A stretch of DNA of 64,000 bases from Nemertoderma westbladi. Its lineage: Eukaryota > Animalia > Xenacoelomorpha. Both the position numbers and the translations under genes were made by a program. The notes beneath the pieces were generated by a model that saw only the letters and a program-made list of their open reading frames with translations, was not told where the DNA came from and did no database searches. Numbering within the stretch: the first letter of the stretch is position 1; each line of letters starts with the position of its first letter. Shown piece by piece: positions 48,556-63,100 of the stretch. The stretch is from NCBI GenBank assembly GCA_032718475.1, contig JAUCBJ010006792.1, forward strand, positions 1 to 64,000, written 5' to 3'.

Positions 48556-49827
48556 CGGCTCGGCTCGGCTCGGTTCGGCTCGGCTCGGCTCGGTTCGGTT
48601 CGGCTCGGCTCGGCTCGGCTCGGCTCGGCTCGGCTCGGCTCGGCTCGGCTCGGCTCGGCTCGGCTCGGCTCGGCTCGGCTCGGCTCGGCTCGGCTCGGCT
48701 CGGCTCGGCTCGGCTCGGCTCGGCTCGGCTCGGCTCGGCTCGGCTCGGCTCGGCTCGGCTCGGCTCGGCTCGGCTCGGCTCGGCTCGGCTCGGCTCGGCT
48801 CGGCTCGGCTCGGCTCGGCACGGCTCGGCTCGGCTCGGCTCGGCTCGGCTCGGCTCGGCTCGGCTCGGCTCGGCTCGGCTCGGCTCGGCTCGGCTCGGCT
48901 CGGTTCGCTCGGCTCGGTTCGGCTCGGCTCGGCTCGGCTCGGCTCGGCTCGGCTCGGCTCGGCTCGGCTCGGCTCGGCTCGGCACGGCTCGGCTCGGCTC
49001 GGCTCGGCTCGGCTTCGGCACGGCTCGGCACGGCTCGGCTCGGCTCGGCTCGGCTCGGCTCGGCTCGGCTCGGCTCGGCTCGGCTCGGCTCGGCTCGGCT
49101 CGGCTCGGCTCGGCTCGGCTCGGCTCGGCTCGGCTCGGCTCGGCTCGGCTCGGCTCGGCTCGGCTCGGCTCGGCTCGGCTCGGCTCGGCTCGGCACGGCT
49201 CGGCTCGGCTCGGCTCGGCTCGGCTCGGCTCGGCTCGGCTCGGCTCGGCTCGGCTCGGCTCGGCTCGGCTCGGCTCGGCTCGGCTCGGCTCGGCTCGGCT
49301 CGGCTCGGCTCGGCTCGGCTCGGCTCGGCTCGGCTCGGCTCGGCTCGGCTCGGCTCGGCTCGGCTCGGCTCGGCTCGGCTCGGCTCGGCTCGGCTCGGCT
49401 CGGCTCGGCTCGGCTCGGCTCGGCTCGGCTCGGCTCGGCTCGGCTCGGCTCGGCTCGGCTCGGCTCGGCTCGGCTCGGCTCGGCTCGGCTCGGCTCGGCT
49501 CGGCTCGGCACGGCTCGGCACGGCACGGCTCGGCTCGGCTCGGCTCGGCTCGGCTCGGCTCGGCTCGGCTCGGCTCGGCTCGGCTCGGCTCGGCTCGGCT
49601 CGGCTCGGCTCGGCTCGGCTCGGCTCGGCTCTACTCGGCTCGGCTCGGCTCGGCTCGGCTCGGCTCGGCTCGGCTCGGCTCGGCTCGGCTCGGCTCGGCT
49701 CGGCTCGGCTCGGCTCGGCTCGGCTCGGCTCGGCTCGGCTCGGCTCGGCTCGGCTCGGCTCGGCTCGGCTCGGCTCGGCTCGGCTCGGCTCGGCTCGGCT
49801 CGGCTCGGCTCGGCTCGGCTCGGCTCG
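48556..49827. repeat. (GGCTC)n pentanucleotide array, ~250 units
   Basis: 1.27 kb of nearly pure repeat. Confidence 0.98.
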
Positions 49828-52800
49828 GTCTGAGTCGACTCCCCGTGCTGCTCGAAGGGCGCAAATACATATATCGAAGGGTCAAAGCAAAACTCACGTG
49901 CTGCTCGAAGGGACAAAGTCAAACAATGTGTCTATTATTTGATGTAATTCACGTGCTGCTCGAAGGGCGCAAATACATATATCGAAGGCTCAAAGCAAAA
50001 CTCACGTGCTGCTCGAAGGGACAAAGTCAAACATTGTGTCTATTATTTGATTATCTCACGTGCTGCTAGAAGGGCGCAACTACATATATCGAAACAAGCC
50101 CCTGTCTTGTATTTTAATTATATCAGAAATCCTTGCCTTCAGTACAAATATCTAAAAATTCATTCACCTGAAGTATGGGTAACATTATAAATTCGTTTTT
50201 CGCACAGTAGAGTTAACTAAGCAAATACCCTCCAGGTTGACTGAATGATTTTATTAATGTTTGCCATGCATAATGTACTATATTTGGGTCCCATGACCCA
50301 CCCCCATTGAACAGCTTTGCTTACATCTGATAGAAAGTAATCCCAAATTAACTTCCCTCTACGAAAATTATTTTAATTAAATACATACAACATAGCAGTC
50401 TACTCTACAGTCAACAGTTCACAATAACTAAAATGGCATTCAGCTCTACCAGCTATTCGCATTAAGCTAATAGATATACGATTTCATTCGATTCAGTGAG
50501 TGTGTGAGGGCTATTGGGAGAGCAATCAGCTTATGATGTAATACATTAGAATCCCACGGCTTTTGTTTGCTTACTGTCTGAGTTGTAGAGTGAGGATAAT
50601 ACTTGGCACAGAAAGCATTTCCTTGTTAGGTGGCCATTCCTATAGAATAGCATTACTAGGCCATCTCTATCCATTTTTCATGAGTGCCAGCTGGTGTTTT
50701 TATCATTGCGCCTATGGCGTTTTTTCGTTTATGTCCATTTTTCGAGCCCACGGCTCATGGACGAAATAGCGGAACATACCAGGGACCTTAGAATCGCGGT
50801 ATCTAGCCGCTGTGAAAATTTCATCAAAATCGTTAGAGTAGTTTTGGCTGTAGATCAGTCAGTCAGCCAGTCAGTCACGAGCAATTCTTACAGTAATGAA
50901 CCTCTCGGTTCCTAAAGACTGAATGAGAGTATTCCAACAATAAAACATTTTGCAATAATGTTGGCATTAATGTAGCCAACACACTGTGTACGTAAGTCAT
51001 TCAACTTACATTAGCAGAGTGAGATATATTTCAAACTAAACCAACCAGTTAATATTTGCTTTGACAGAGTGTCCAAGGGCCTAAACAAACAGTATGGGTG
51101 TACTGAGTACAATAATCTTGGCAACCTCACCGATTTATACTAAGCCTTGTGTAGAAATGCATTACATAAGCCATTTTTCATCACGACACCAGCTGTCATT
51201 GGTGTTACTTTACCATTGCGCCTATGGCGTTTTTTCGTTTATGTCTATTTTTCGAGCCCACGGCTCATGGACGAAATAGCGGAACATACCAGGGACCTTA
51301 GAATCGCGGTATCAAGCCGCTGTGAACATTTCATCAAAATCGTTAGAGTAGTTTTGGCTGTAGATTAGCCAGTCAGCCAGCCAGCCACGAGCAATTCTTA
51401 CAGTAATGAACCTCTCGGTTCCTAACTAGTGACGGGCCTAGCGGCCCGATAAGGAACCGACTTTTTATTTTAAATAAAAGAGACAACGAGAATTAGTATA
51501 GAACTAATAATTATGTAAAAATACAATCATATTTCATACAATAATTATTAATAAATTCGATCTATTATTAGTTGCTCAATTCTAGAACAAAATCGACCTG
51601 CAACTAGTGAAGACCTCGTTTTGGAATTTCGAAACCACGCTGGTGCGATGCGCGATATTGTGTTTAGTTAATAAATTGAAAACTCCATCAATTCATGTGC
51701 AACCAGTAATAAGAAATCGCGATAAATGTAATTAAATAAAAATTATTCTAGAAAAATTTTCCTCAAAAAGTATGAAGCCTTGGCGTTGGTGACGCGAAAC
51801 TAGGCAAGTGAGATTCAGGATATTGCGTTTAATATAAAAATCGAAAACGCTATCGAATTCCGTAAAGGCGTTAATAAAATACTGCAACTTTTTTGAAATT
51901 TGTAAAATTCTAGAACTAGAAAAAAATAATTTTTGAACGGCGCTGTTTGGGGTTTCGAAACATGGATAGGCTGAAAGAGGACATCGAATTAAGTTGAAAA
52001 ATGAAAACCCCATCGAATTTGGACGAAGCATTCCGGAGTAATAGCGGATCGAAAAAAATTGACCCCCCCCAGTCGCCAAAAATTTACAGTAGTTTAAAAT
52101 TTTGCAAAAAAAATTTTTTGCGTTATTTTTGATGGCGAATCGATTGGCAGTACTGGCTACGAAAATTTTTTTTTGAAATTTTTGGTCTGAAAAAAAAACA
52201 TGGAAAAAGTATATTTTTAAAAAGATTTGATGTCTTTGCCTATGGTCAGAGAATGATCCAACTCTGTAACTTGGCAATCGCTCAAATCCATTCAGCTGAA
52301 TGGCACAGTAGAGTAAACTAAAGTAAATTCCCTATACAATGTTCTGAAGGGGAGACTGACAGAGAGTAATCCAACAATAAAACATTTTGCAATAATGTTG
52401 GCATTAATGTAGCCAAGACACTGCACTGTGTACTAAACCGTCATTCAGCTTACATTAGCAGAGTGAGATATTCCCATAGGTGGCATTGGGAAGAGTAATT
52501 CAGCTGAGGCGATATTAGATTTCAAACTAAACCAACCAGTTAATATTTGCTTTGACAGAGAGTGCAGGGCCTAAACAAACAGTATGGGTGTACTAAGTAC
52601 AATAATCTTGGCAACCTCATCGATTTATACTAAGCCTTGTGTAGAAATGCATTACATAAGCCATTTTTCATCAGGACACCAGCTGTCATGGGTGTTATTT
52701 TACCATTGCGCCTTTGGCGTTTTTTCGTTTATCTCTATTTTTCGAGCCCAGAGGCTATGGACGGAGTAGCCGATCATGCCAGGGACCTTAGAATCGCGGT

Positions 52801-52989
52801 ATCTAGATGCTGTGAAAATTTCATCAAAATCGTTAGAGTAGTTTTGGCTATAGATTAACCAGCCAGCCAGCCAGTCAATCAGCCAACAATTCTTACAGTA
52901 ATGAACCTCTCGGTTCCTAACTAGTGACGGGCCTAGCGGCCCGATAAGGAACCGACTTTTTATTTCAAATCAAATAAAAGAGACAACGA

Positions 52990-53735
52990 GCTCGGCTCGG
53001 TCTGGCATGATTGGGCCCGATTCAGTTCGAATTGGCTTGATCGGCTCGGTTTGGCTCGATTGGTCTCGACTCAGCTCGGTTGGGCTCGAATCGGCTCGAT
53101 TGGGATTGATTGGGGTTGACTCGGCTCGATTTGGCTCAACTTGGCTCAGTCCGGCTCGACTGGGCTCGGTCCGGCTTAATTGGGCTCGACTAGGCTTGAT
53201 TGGGCTCGACTTGGCTCTATTGGGCTCGACTCGATTCGATTGGGCTTAACTCGGCTCAGTCTGGCTCGACTCGGCTTGATTATGCTCAACTCGGCTCTTT
53301 CCGGCTCGACTCAGCTCGATTGGGCTCGACTCTGCTTGATTGGTCTCGACTCGACTCAGTCCGGCTCAATTTGGCGTGACACGGCTCGACTCGGCTCGAT
53401 TGGGATCTGCTCGGCTCGGTCTGAGTCGACTCAGCTTTATTCGGCTCAATCGGCTCGATTGGGTTCGACTCGGCTCGGTCTGGCTCGACTTGGCTCAATT
53501 GGGCTCGATTCGACTCAATTGATTGGGATTGATTGGGCTTGACTCGGCTCGATTTGGCTCAAATTGGCCCAGTCTGGCACGATTGGGCTCGACTTGGCTC
53601 GGTCCCGCTCAATTGGGCTCGACTAGGATTGATTGGGCTCTACTCGGCTCTTTTGGGCTCGACTTGACTCGATTGGGCTTGACTCGGCTCAGTCTGGCTT
53701 GCTCGGCCTGATTGGGCTCAACTCGGCTCCATTCG
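52990..53735. repeat. Degenerate pentamer array (GGCTC/GACTC/GATTG); related tracts at 55085-55610, 58988-59780 and 60875-61955
   Basis: 5-bp periodic mix of GGCTC, GACTC, GATTG and GGCTT at the same monomer position as the pure arrays. Confidence 0.93.
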
Positions 53736-56700
53736 GGTGAAGACCTCGTTTTGGAATTTCGAAACCACGCTGGTGCGATGCGCGATATCGTGTTTAGTTA
53801 ATAAATTGAAAACTCCATCAGTTCATGTGCAACCAGTAATAAGAAATCGCGATAAATGTAATTAAATAAAAAAATTATTCTAGAAAAATTTTCCTCAAAA
53901 AGTATGAAGTCTTGGCATTGGTGACGCGAAACTAAGCTAGTGAGATTCAGGATATTGCGTTTAATATAAAAATCGAAAACGCTATCGAATTCCGTAAAGG
54001 CGTTAATAAAATACTGCAACTTTTTTGAAATTTGTAAAATTCTAGAACTAGGAAAAATTAATTTTTGAACGGCGCTGTTTGGGGTTTCCAAACATGGATA
54101 GGCTGAAAGAGGACATCGAATTAAGTTGAAAAATGAAAACCCCATCCAATTTGGACAAAGCGTTCCGGAGTTATAGCGGATCGAAAAAAATTGCCCCCCC
54201 CCCCCCCAGTCGCCAAAAATTTACAGTAATTTAAAATTTTGCAAAAAAAATTTTTTGCGTTATTTTTGATGGCGAATCGATTGGCAGTACTGGCTACAAA
54301 AAATTTTTTTTTGAAATTTTTGGTCAGAAAAAAAACATGGAAAAAGTATATTTTTAAAAAGATTTCATGTCTTTGCCTATGGTCAGAGAATGATCCAACT
54401 CTGTAACTTGGCAATCGCTCAGAGTATCAGTATAAGGCTGAGTAAACATTCCACCTTATAAGCATACAGCCTCCACAGTATTAATGTTGGCATTAATGTA
54501 GCCGATACACTGTATACCTAATAGTCATTCAGCAGGGGGAAGAGTTATTCAGCTGAGGCGGTAATAGATTGCAAACTAAACCAACCAGTTGGCAGCCTCA
54601 TCGATTTATACTAAGCCTGTGTAGAACCACAAACTAAATCAACCAGTTAATATTTGCTTTGACAGGGCCTAAACAAACAGTATGGGTGTACTGAGTACAA
54701 TAATCTTGGCAACCTCATCGATTTATACTAAGCCTTGTGTAGAAATCCAATACATAAGCCATTTTTCATCACGACACCAGCTGTTATTGGTGTTATTTTA
54801 CCATTGCGCCTATGGCGTTTTTTCGTTTATGTCTATTTTTCGAGCCCACGGCTCATGGACGAAATAGCGGAACATACCAGGGACCTTAGAATCGCGGTAT
54901 GTAGCCGCTGTGAAAATTTCATCAAAATCGTTAGAGTAGTTTTGGCTGTAGATTAGCCAGCCAGTCAATCAATCAATCAATCAGCCAACAATTCTTACAG
55001 TAATGAACCTCTCGGTTCCTAACTAGTGACGGGCCTAGCGGCCCGATAAGGAACCGACTTTTTATTTCAAATAATAGAGACAACGAGCTTGGGTCAGTCT
55101 GGCACGATTGGGCTCGATTCAGTTCGACTTGGCTTGATCGGCTCGGTTTGGCTCGATTGGGCTCGACTCGGCTTGATTGGGCTCGACTCGACTCAGCTCG
55201 ATTCGTCTCAATCGCTTCATTGGGCTTGACTTAGCTCGGTCCGGCTCGACTCGGCTATTGGTCTCGACTCGGCTCGATTGGGCTCGAATCGGCTCGATTG
55301 GGATTGATTGGGCTTGACTCGGCTCGATTTAGCTCAACTTGGCTCAGTCCGGCTTGACTGGGCTCGGTCCAGTTCAATTGGGCTCGACTAGGCTTGATTA
55401 GGCTCGACTCGGCTCTATTGGGCTCGACTCGATTCGATTAGACTCAACTCGCCTCTGTGCGGCTCGACTTGGCTCGATTGGGCTCGACTCAGCTTGATTG
55501 GTCTCGACTCGACTCAGTCCAGCTCAATTTGGCGTGACACGGCTCGAATCGGCTCGATTGGGCTCGGCTCGGCTCGGTCTGAGTCAACTCAACTCGATTT
55601 GGCTCAATCGAGCCCACGGCTCATGGACGAAATAGCGGAACATACCAGGGACCTTAGAATCGCGGTATCTAGCCGCTGTGAAAATTTCATCAAAATCGTT
55701 AGAGTAGTTTTGGCTGTAGATCAGTCAGTCAGCCAGCCAGCCAGTCAGTCAGTCAGCCACGAGCAATTCTTACAGTAATGAACCTCTCGGTTCCTAACTA
55801 GTGACGGGCCTAGCGGCCCGATAAGGAACCGACTTTTTATTTTAAATAAAAGAGACAACGAGAATTAGTATAGAACTAATAATTATGTAAAAATACAATC
55901 ATATTTCATACAATAATTATTAATAAATTCGATCTATTATTAGTTGCTCAATTCTAGAACAAAATCGACCTGCAACTAGTGAAGACCTCGTTTTGGAATT
56001 TCGAAACCACGCTGGTGCGATGCGCGATATCGTGTTTGGTTAATAAATTGAAAACTCCATCAGTTCATCTGCAACCAGTAATAAGAAATCGCGATAAATG
56101 TAATTAAATAAAAATTAATCTAGAAAAATTTTCCTCAAAAAGTATGAAGTCTTGGCATTGGTGACGCGAAACTAGGCTATTGAGATTCAGGATATTGCGT
56201 TTAATATAAAAATCGAAAACGCTATCGAATTCCGTAAAGGCGTTAATAAAATACTGCAACTTGTTTGAAATTTGTAAAATTCTAGAACTAGAAAAAATTA
56301 ATTTTTGAACGGCGCTGAGAGGACATCGAATTAAGTTGAAAAATGAAAACCCCATCGAATTTGGACAGAGCGTTCCGGAGTTATAGCGGATCGAAAAAAA
56401 TTGACCCCCCCCAGTCGCCAAAAATTTACAGTAATTTAAAATTTTGCAAAAAAAATTTTTTGCGTTATTTTTGATGGCGAATCGATTGGCAGTACTGGCT
56501 ACAAAAATTTTTTTTTGAAATTTTAGGTCAGAAAAAAAAACATGGAAAAAGTATATTTTTAAAAAGATTTCATGTCTTTGCATATGGTCAGAGAATGATC
56601 CAACTCTGTAACTTGGCAATCGCTCAAATCCATTCAGCTGAATGGCACAGTAGAGTAAACTAAAGTAAATTCCCAATACAATGTTCTGAAGGGGAGACTG

Positions 56701-56868
56701 ACAGAGAGTAATCCAACCATAAAACACTTTGCAATAATGTTGGCATTAATGTAGCCAAGAAGTGATTTTTATATTTCAAACTATAATGTTAGTCTTAGCC
56801 TTACAGAGTATCAGTATAAGGCTGAGTAAACATTCCACCTTATAAGCATACAGCCTCCACAGTATTAA

Positions 56869-58422
56869 CCCTATTAAACCCGGGGGGGGGGGTCAATATG
56901 ACCCCTCCCGTGGTTTTTTTATTATAATTCTGAAACAAACGCAGTTGGGAATCTGAAATTTTATGACTTTTCCTAAAAATCTATTGTCTTCCTAGTAGTG
57001 AAAACCGTTTTCAAAAATATTGGGTACTTTTCGAGTTATAGCGCCATTTTTTAACCCTACTTTTGGCACTTTTTTTGAGACGTTTTTTGAAAATTACATT
57101 TCATTAAATATGAATTGTAACATCTCTATTTTTTATTTACACGGGTTTTTTGGTGTTAGAAATTTGATGGAATTCATATAAATTGATTTAGAAATTTTAA
57201 ACTTGTTTTTTTCGGTGGGTGCCAAATTTTGGTGCCAGCACCAAATTTTGAAATAAGTCAATTTTGTAAATTGATCGTTTGAAACTTGTTTTTACGCAAT
57301 TGGGGTTTTTTGGGTTTCTGGATTCGAAGAAATATATACGAGTTGCACCAAGCGTATCAAACTTGTATTTTTCGGTGCTGTGTGCAAATTTTGGTGCTAG
57401 CACGAAATTTTGAAAATCCATTCAATAGATAAAATTGCTTGTGAGAATTTATTTCTTGCGTTTTAGAGGTTTATGGCTGTTCTGAATTCAATGGAAAATA
57501 TAATTATCGAACTAGACATCTCAAACTTGTATTTTTCGGATGTGGGTGCAAAATGTGGTGCTAGCACCAAATTTTGAAAACCATCAAATATATCAATTGA
57601 TTGTGTCACCTTGTTTCTTGCGTTATACAGGTTTGTGATGGTTCTGAATTCAATGGAATCAGTAAAAATTTCATAAGAGTTGTCAAACTTGTATTTTTCG
57701 CCGGTGGGTGAAAATTGTTGTGCCAGCACCAAATTTTGGAAAATATGCAAATTGATAAGTAGATAGTATCACCTTGTTTCTTGCGTTATACGGGTTTATG
57801 AGGGTCCTGAATCCGATGGAATCAATAAAAACTGCACTGGACATCGCAAACTTGTACTTTTTGGTGATGGGTACGAAATTTGGTGCTAGCACCAAAATTT
57901 GCAAAATAACGCCGAAAAATACAAGTAGCAATGATCTAGCATATTAGAAATGTATTCCATTAGAATCAGCGCCCTCGAAAACCTGAAAATGTGAATTTAT
58001 AGCATCGTATAAGTGAATTAAAAATTTTGTGTTCTAACTGAAAAGTGCTGGTTACTTGTTTTTTTCATTTTTTTCCTACGCAGAGAGGACTAAACAGCCA
58101 TTTATAGTAATCATATCATTTTTTAATATTTTCCAATGTATTTTACACCCCAGAAAACCTGTATTGAAAAATAATTAGCCGAAAATGTAACTTTCAAATT
58201 TGGTGAAAATTGTGCACTACTTGTAATTTTGGTGCTGCAATATAACCACCCCAGTACATTTTTTCGAAAATTTTTTTCTTCGGTCGGATCCAGACAAGTG
58301 ATACCTACGTACAAACAAAAAATCCGACGTTTTCGTAAATATTTGTAGATTTTAGAGGGGGGGGGTCAATATGACCCCCTCCCGGTATTTGTACAACATT
58401 TTATAGCCCGGTACTAATAGGG
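56869..58422. mobile_element. Non-autonomous piggyBac-like TIR element (1554 bp)
   Basis: TTAA TSD at 56865-56868 and 58423-58426; termini CCCTATTA...TAATAGGG; subterminal GGGGTCAATATGACCCC at both ends. The empty site CACAGTATTAATGTTGGC is seen at ~38650, 43911 and 54474. No transposase. Confidence 0.92.
57195..57905. repeat. ~163-bp internal tandem repeat, 5 copies, with palindromic core AAATTTGGTGCTAGCACCAAATTT
   Basis: AAACTTGT.TTTTT.GG at ~57199, 57359, 57523, 57686 and 57848. Confidence 0.85.
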
Positions 58423-60035
58423 TTAATGTTGGCATTAATGTAGCCGATACACTGTATACCTAATAGTCATTCAGCAGGGGGAAGAGTTATTCAGCTGAGG
58501 CGGTAATAGATTGCAAACTAAACCAACCACCAGTCAATGTTTGCTTTGATAGAGAGTGCAGGGCCTAAACAAATAGTATGGGTGTACTAAGTACAATAAT
58601 CTTGGCAACCTCATCGATTTATACTAAGCCTTGTGTAGAAATGCATTACATAAGCCATTTTTCATCAGGACACCAGCTGTCATGAGTGTTATTTTACCAT
58701 TGCGCCTATGGCGTTTTTTCGTTTTTCTCTATTTTTCGAGCCCAGAGGCTATGGACGGAGTAGCCAATCATGCCAGGGACCTTAGAATTGCGGTATCTAG
58801 ATGCTGTGAAAATTTCATCAAAATCGTTAGAGAAGATTTGGCTGTAGATCAGTCAGTCAGTCAATCAATCAGTCAGCCACGAGCAATTCTTATTATTACA
58901 GTAATGAACCTCTCGGTTCCTAACTAGTGACGGGCCTAGCGGCCCGATAAGGAACCGACTTTTTATTTCAAATAAAAGAGACAATGAGCTCGGCTCGGTC
59001 TGGCACGATTGGGCTCGATTCAGTTCGACTTGGCTTGATTGGCTCGATTGGGCTCGACTTGACACATCTCGATTCGGCTCAATTGGCTTGATTGGGTTCG
59101 ACTCGGCTCAGTCCGGCTCGACTTGGCTTGAATTGGCTCGACTCGGCTCGACTGGGCTCGAATCGGCTCAATTTGGATTGATTGGGCTTGACTCGGCTCA
59201 ACTTGGCTCAGTCCGGCTCGATTGGGCTCGACTTAGGCTTGATTGGGCTCGAATCAGCTCTATTTGGCTCGACTCGTTTCGATTGGGCTCGACTCGGCTT
59301 GATTGGGCTCGACTTGACTTAGTCCGGCTCAATTTGGCGTGACACGGATCAATTGGGCTTGGCTCGGCTCGGTCTGAGTCGACTCTGCTCGATTCGACTC
59401 AATCGGCTCGATTGGGTTCAAATCGGCTCGGTCTGTCTTGACTTGGCTCAATTGGGCTCAATCCGCTCGACTCAGCTCGATTTGGTTTGATTTGGGCTTG
59501 ACTCGGCTCGATTTGGCTCAACTTGGCACAGTATGGCTCGATTGGGCTCGACTTGGCTCGGTCTGGCTCAATTGGGCTCGACTAGGATTGATTGGGTTCG
59601 ACTCGGCTCTATTGGGCTCGACTCGACTCGATTGGGCTTGTCTCGGCTCAGTCTGGATCGCTCGGCTTGATTGGGCTCAACTCGGCTCCGTTCGGCTTTA
59701 CTCGGCTTGTTTGGGCTCGTCTCGGCTTGATCGCCTCGATTGGTTCCATTCGGCTCGATCGGTATGATTCGGCTCGATTGACACACGCTGCTTGAAGGGT
59801 CAAAGCCAAACTCACGTGCTGCTAGAAGGGATAAAGTCAAACAGTGTGTCTATTATTTGATGCAACTCACGTGCTGCTCGAAGGGCGCAACATCATATAT
59901 CAAGGGTCAAAGCAAAACTCACGTGCTGCTAGAAGGGACAAAGTCAAACATTGTGTCTAATATTTGATTAACTCACGTGCTGCTCGAAGGGCGCAACTAC
60001 ATATATCGAAACAAGCCCCTGTCTTGTATTTTAAT

Positions 60036-60143
60036 AATAATATAATAATATACACTCCCCAACGGGGTAAATGAAATTCGGTAAAATCATATTATTATTT
60101 TATCAATAAAATAGATATAAAATAAAAATAAAAATAAATCAAT
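60036..60143 (-). mobile_element. 108-bp retroposed 3' fragment (LINE/SINE-like)
   Basis: 12-bp TSD TTGTATTTTAAT (60024-60035, 60144-60155); (TTA)n-like tail on minus. Absent from sister monomers at ~47310, 50110 and 62312. Confidence 0.7.
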
Positions 60144-63100
60144 TTGTATTTTAATTATATCAGAAATCGTTGCCATGCATAATGTACTATATTTGGGTCC
60201 CATGACCCACCCCATTGAACAGCTTTGCTTACATCTGATAGAGAGTAATCCCAAATTAACTTCCCTCTACGAAAATTATTTTAATTAAATACATACAACA
60301 TAGCAGTCAACTCTGCAATCAACAGTACACAATAACTAAAATGGCATTCAGCTTACCAGCTATTCGCATTAAGCTAATAGATATTCGATTTCATTGGATT
60401 CAGTGAGTGTGTGAGGGCTATTGGGAGAGCAATCAGCTTATGATGTAATACATTAGAATACCACGGCTTTTGTTTGCTTACTGTCTGAGTTGTAGAGTGA
60501 GGATAATACTTGGCAGAGAAAGCATTTCCTTGTTAGGTGGCCATTCCTATAGAATAGCATTACTAGGCTATCTCTATCCATTTTTCATGAGTGCCAGCTG
60601 GTGTTTTTATCATTGCGCCTATGGCGTTTTTTCGTTTATGTCTATTTTTCGAGCCCACGGCTCATGGACGAAATAGCGGAACATACCAGGGACCTTATAT
60701 TCGCGGTATCTAGATGCTGTGAAAATTTCATCAAAATCGTTAGAGTAGTTTTGGCTGTAGATCAGTCAGCCAGCCAGCCACGAGCAATTCTTACAGTAAT
60801 GAACCTCTCGGTTCCTAACTAGTGACGGGCCTAGCGGCCCGATAAGGAACCGACTTTTTATTTCAAATGGAAGTGGGCTTGATTCAGTTCAACTTGGCTT
60901 CATCGGCTTGGGTTGGCTCGATTGGGCTTGACTCGGCTTGATTGGGCTTGACTCAACTCAGTCCGGCTCGACTCGACTCAGTCCGGCTCAATTTGGCGTG
61001 ACACAGCTCGAATTGGCTCGATTGGGCTCGGCTCGGCTCGGCTCGGCTCGGCTCGGCTCGGCTCGGCTCGGCTCGGCTCGGCTCGGCTCGGCTCGGCTCG
61101 GCTCGGCTCGGCTCGGCTCGGCTCGGCTCGGCTTGGCCTGACTCAACTCAGCTTGATTCGGCTCGATTGGGTTCGATTCGGCTCGGTCCGGCTCAAATTG
61201 GCTCAATTGGGCTCGATTTAGCTCAATCTGCTTGACTCGGCTCGATTGGGATTGATTCGGTTTGATTTGGCTCAACTTGGCTCAGTCCGGCTCTACTTGG
61301 CTCGGTCTGGCTCAATTATTGGGCTCGACTAGGCTTGATTGGACGCGACTAGGCTCTATTGGGCTCGACTCGATTCGATTGGGCTCGACTCGGCTTAGTC
61401 TGGTACAACTCGGCTTGATTGGGCTCAACTTGGCTCCGTCCGGCTCGACTCGGCACAATTGGGCTCGACTTGGCTTGATTGGGCTCGACTCGACTCAGTC
61501 CAGCTCAATTTGGCGTGACACGGCTCGACTCGGCTCGATGAAACTCGGCTCGGCTCGGTCTGACTCGACTCAGCTCGATTCGGCTCAACCGGCTCGATGG
61601 GTTCGACTCGGCTCGGTCCGGCTCGACTTGGCTCAATTGGGCTCGATTCGGCTCAATTGGGCTCTACTCGGCTCGATAGGCCTCGAATCGGCTCGATTGG
61701 GATTGATTGGGCTTGACTCGGCTCGATTTGGCTCAACTTGGCTCAGTCCGGCTCGATTGGGTTCGACTTGGCTCGGTCCGGCTCAATTGGGCTCGACTAG
61801 GCTTGATTGGGCTCGACTCGGCTCTATTGGGCTCGACTCGACTTGATTGGGCTTGACTCGGCTCAGTCTGGCTCAACTCGGCTCCGTTCGGCTCGACTCG
61901 GCTTGATCGCCTCGATTGGTTCTATTCGGCTCGATCAGTATGATTCGGCTCGATTGACACATGCTGTTGGAAGGGTCAGAGCCAAACTCACGTGCTGCTC
62001 GAAGGGACAAAGTCAAACAGTATGTCTATTATTTGATGTAACTCACGTGCTGCTCGAAGGGCGCAACATCACATATAGAAGGGTCAAAGCAAAACTCACG
62101 TGCTGCTCGAAGGGACAAAGTCAAACAATGTGTCTATTATTTGATGTAACTCACGTGCTGCTCGAAGGGCGCAAATGCATATATCGAAGGATCAAAGCCA
62201 AACTCACGTGCTGCTCGAAGGGACAAAGTCAAACATTGTGTCTATTATTTGATTAACTCACGTGCTGCTCGAAGGGCGCAACTACATATAATCGAAACAA
62301 GCCCCTGTCTTGTATTTTAATTATATCAGAAATCGTTGCCTTCAGTACAAAATATCTAAAAATTCATTCACCTGAAGTATGGGTGACATTATAAATTCGT
62401 TTTTCGCACAGTAGAGTTAACTAAAGCTAAATACCCTTCAGGTTGACTGAATGATTTTATTAATGTTTGCCATGCATAATGTACTATATTTGGGTCCCAT
62501 GACCCACCCCATTGAACAGCTTTGCTTACATCAGATAGAGAGTAATCCCAAATTAACTTCCCTCTACGAAAATTATTTTAATTACATACATACAACCTAG
62601 CAGTCAAGTCTACAGTCAACAGTTCACAATAACTAAAATGGCATTCAGCTTACCAGCTATTCGCATTAAGCTAATAGATATTCGATTTCATTCGATTCCG
62701 TGAGTGTGTGAGGGCTATTGGGAGAGCAATCAGCTTATGATGTAATACATTAGAAGCCCACAGCTTATGTTTGCTTACCGTCTGAGTTGTAGAGTGAGGA
62801 TAATACTTGGCACAGAAAGCATTTCCTTGTTAGGTGGCCATTCCTATAGAATAGCATTACTAGGCTATCTCTATCCATTTTTCGTGAGTGCCAGCTGGTG
62901 TTTTTATCATTGGGCCTATGGCGTTTTTTCGTTTATGTCTATTTTTCGAGCCCACGGCTCATGGACGAAATAGCGGAACATACCAGGGACCTTAGAATCG
63001 CGGTATCTAGCCGCTGTGAAAATTTCATCAAAATCGTTAGAGTAGTTTTGGCTGTAGATCAGTCAGTCAGCCAGCCAGCCAGTCAGTCAGTCAGCCACGA

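Noticed and set aside
46270-49942. Long ORFs of (ARLGS)n / (AEPSR)n
   Set aside because: Artefacts of the stop-free GGCTC pentamer repeat, which is open in multiple frames on both strands.
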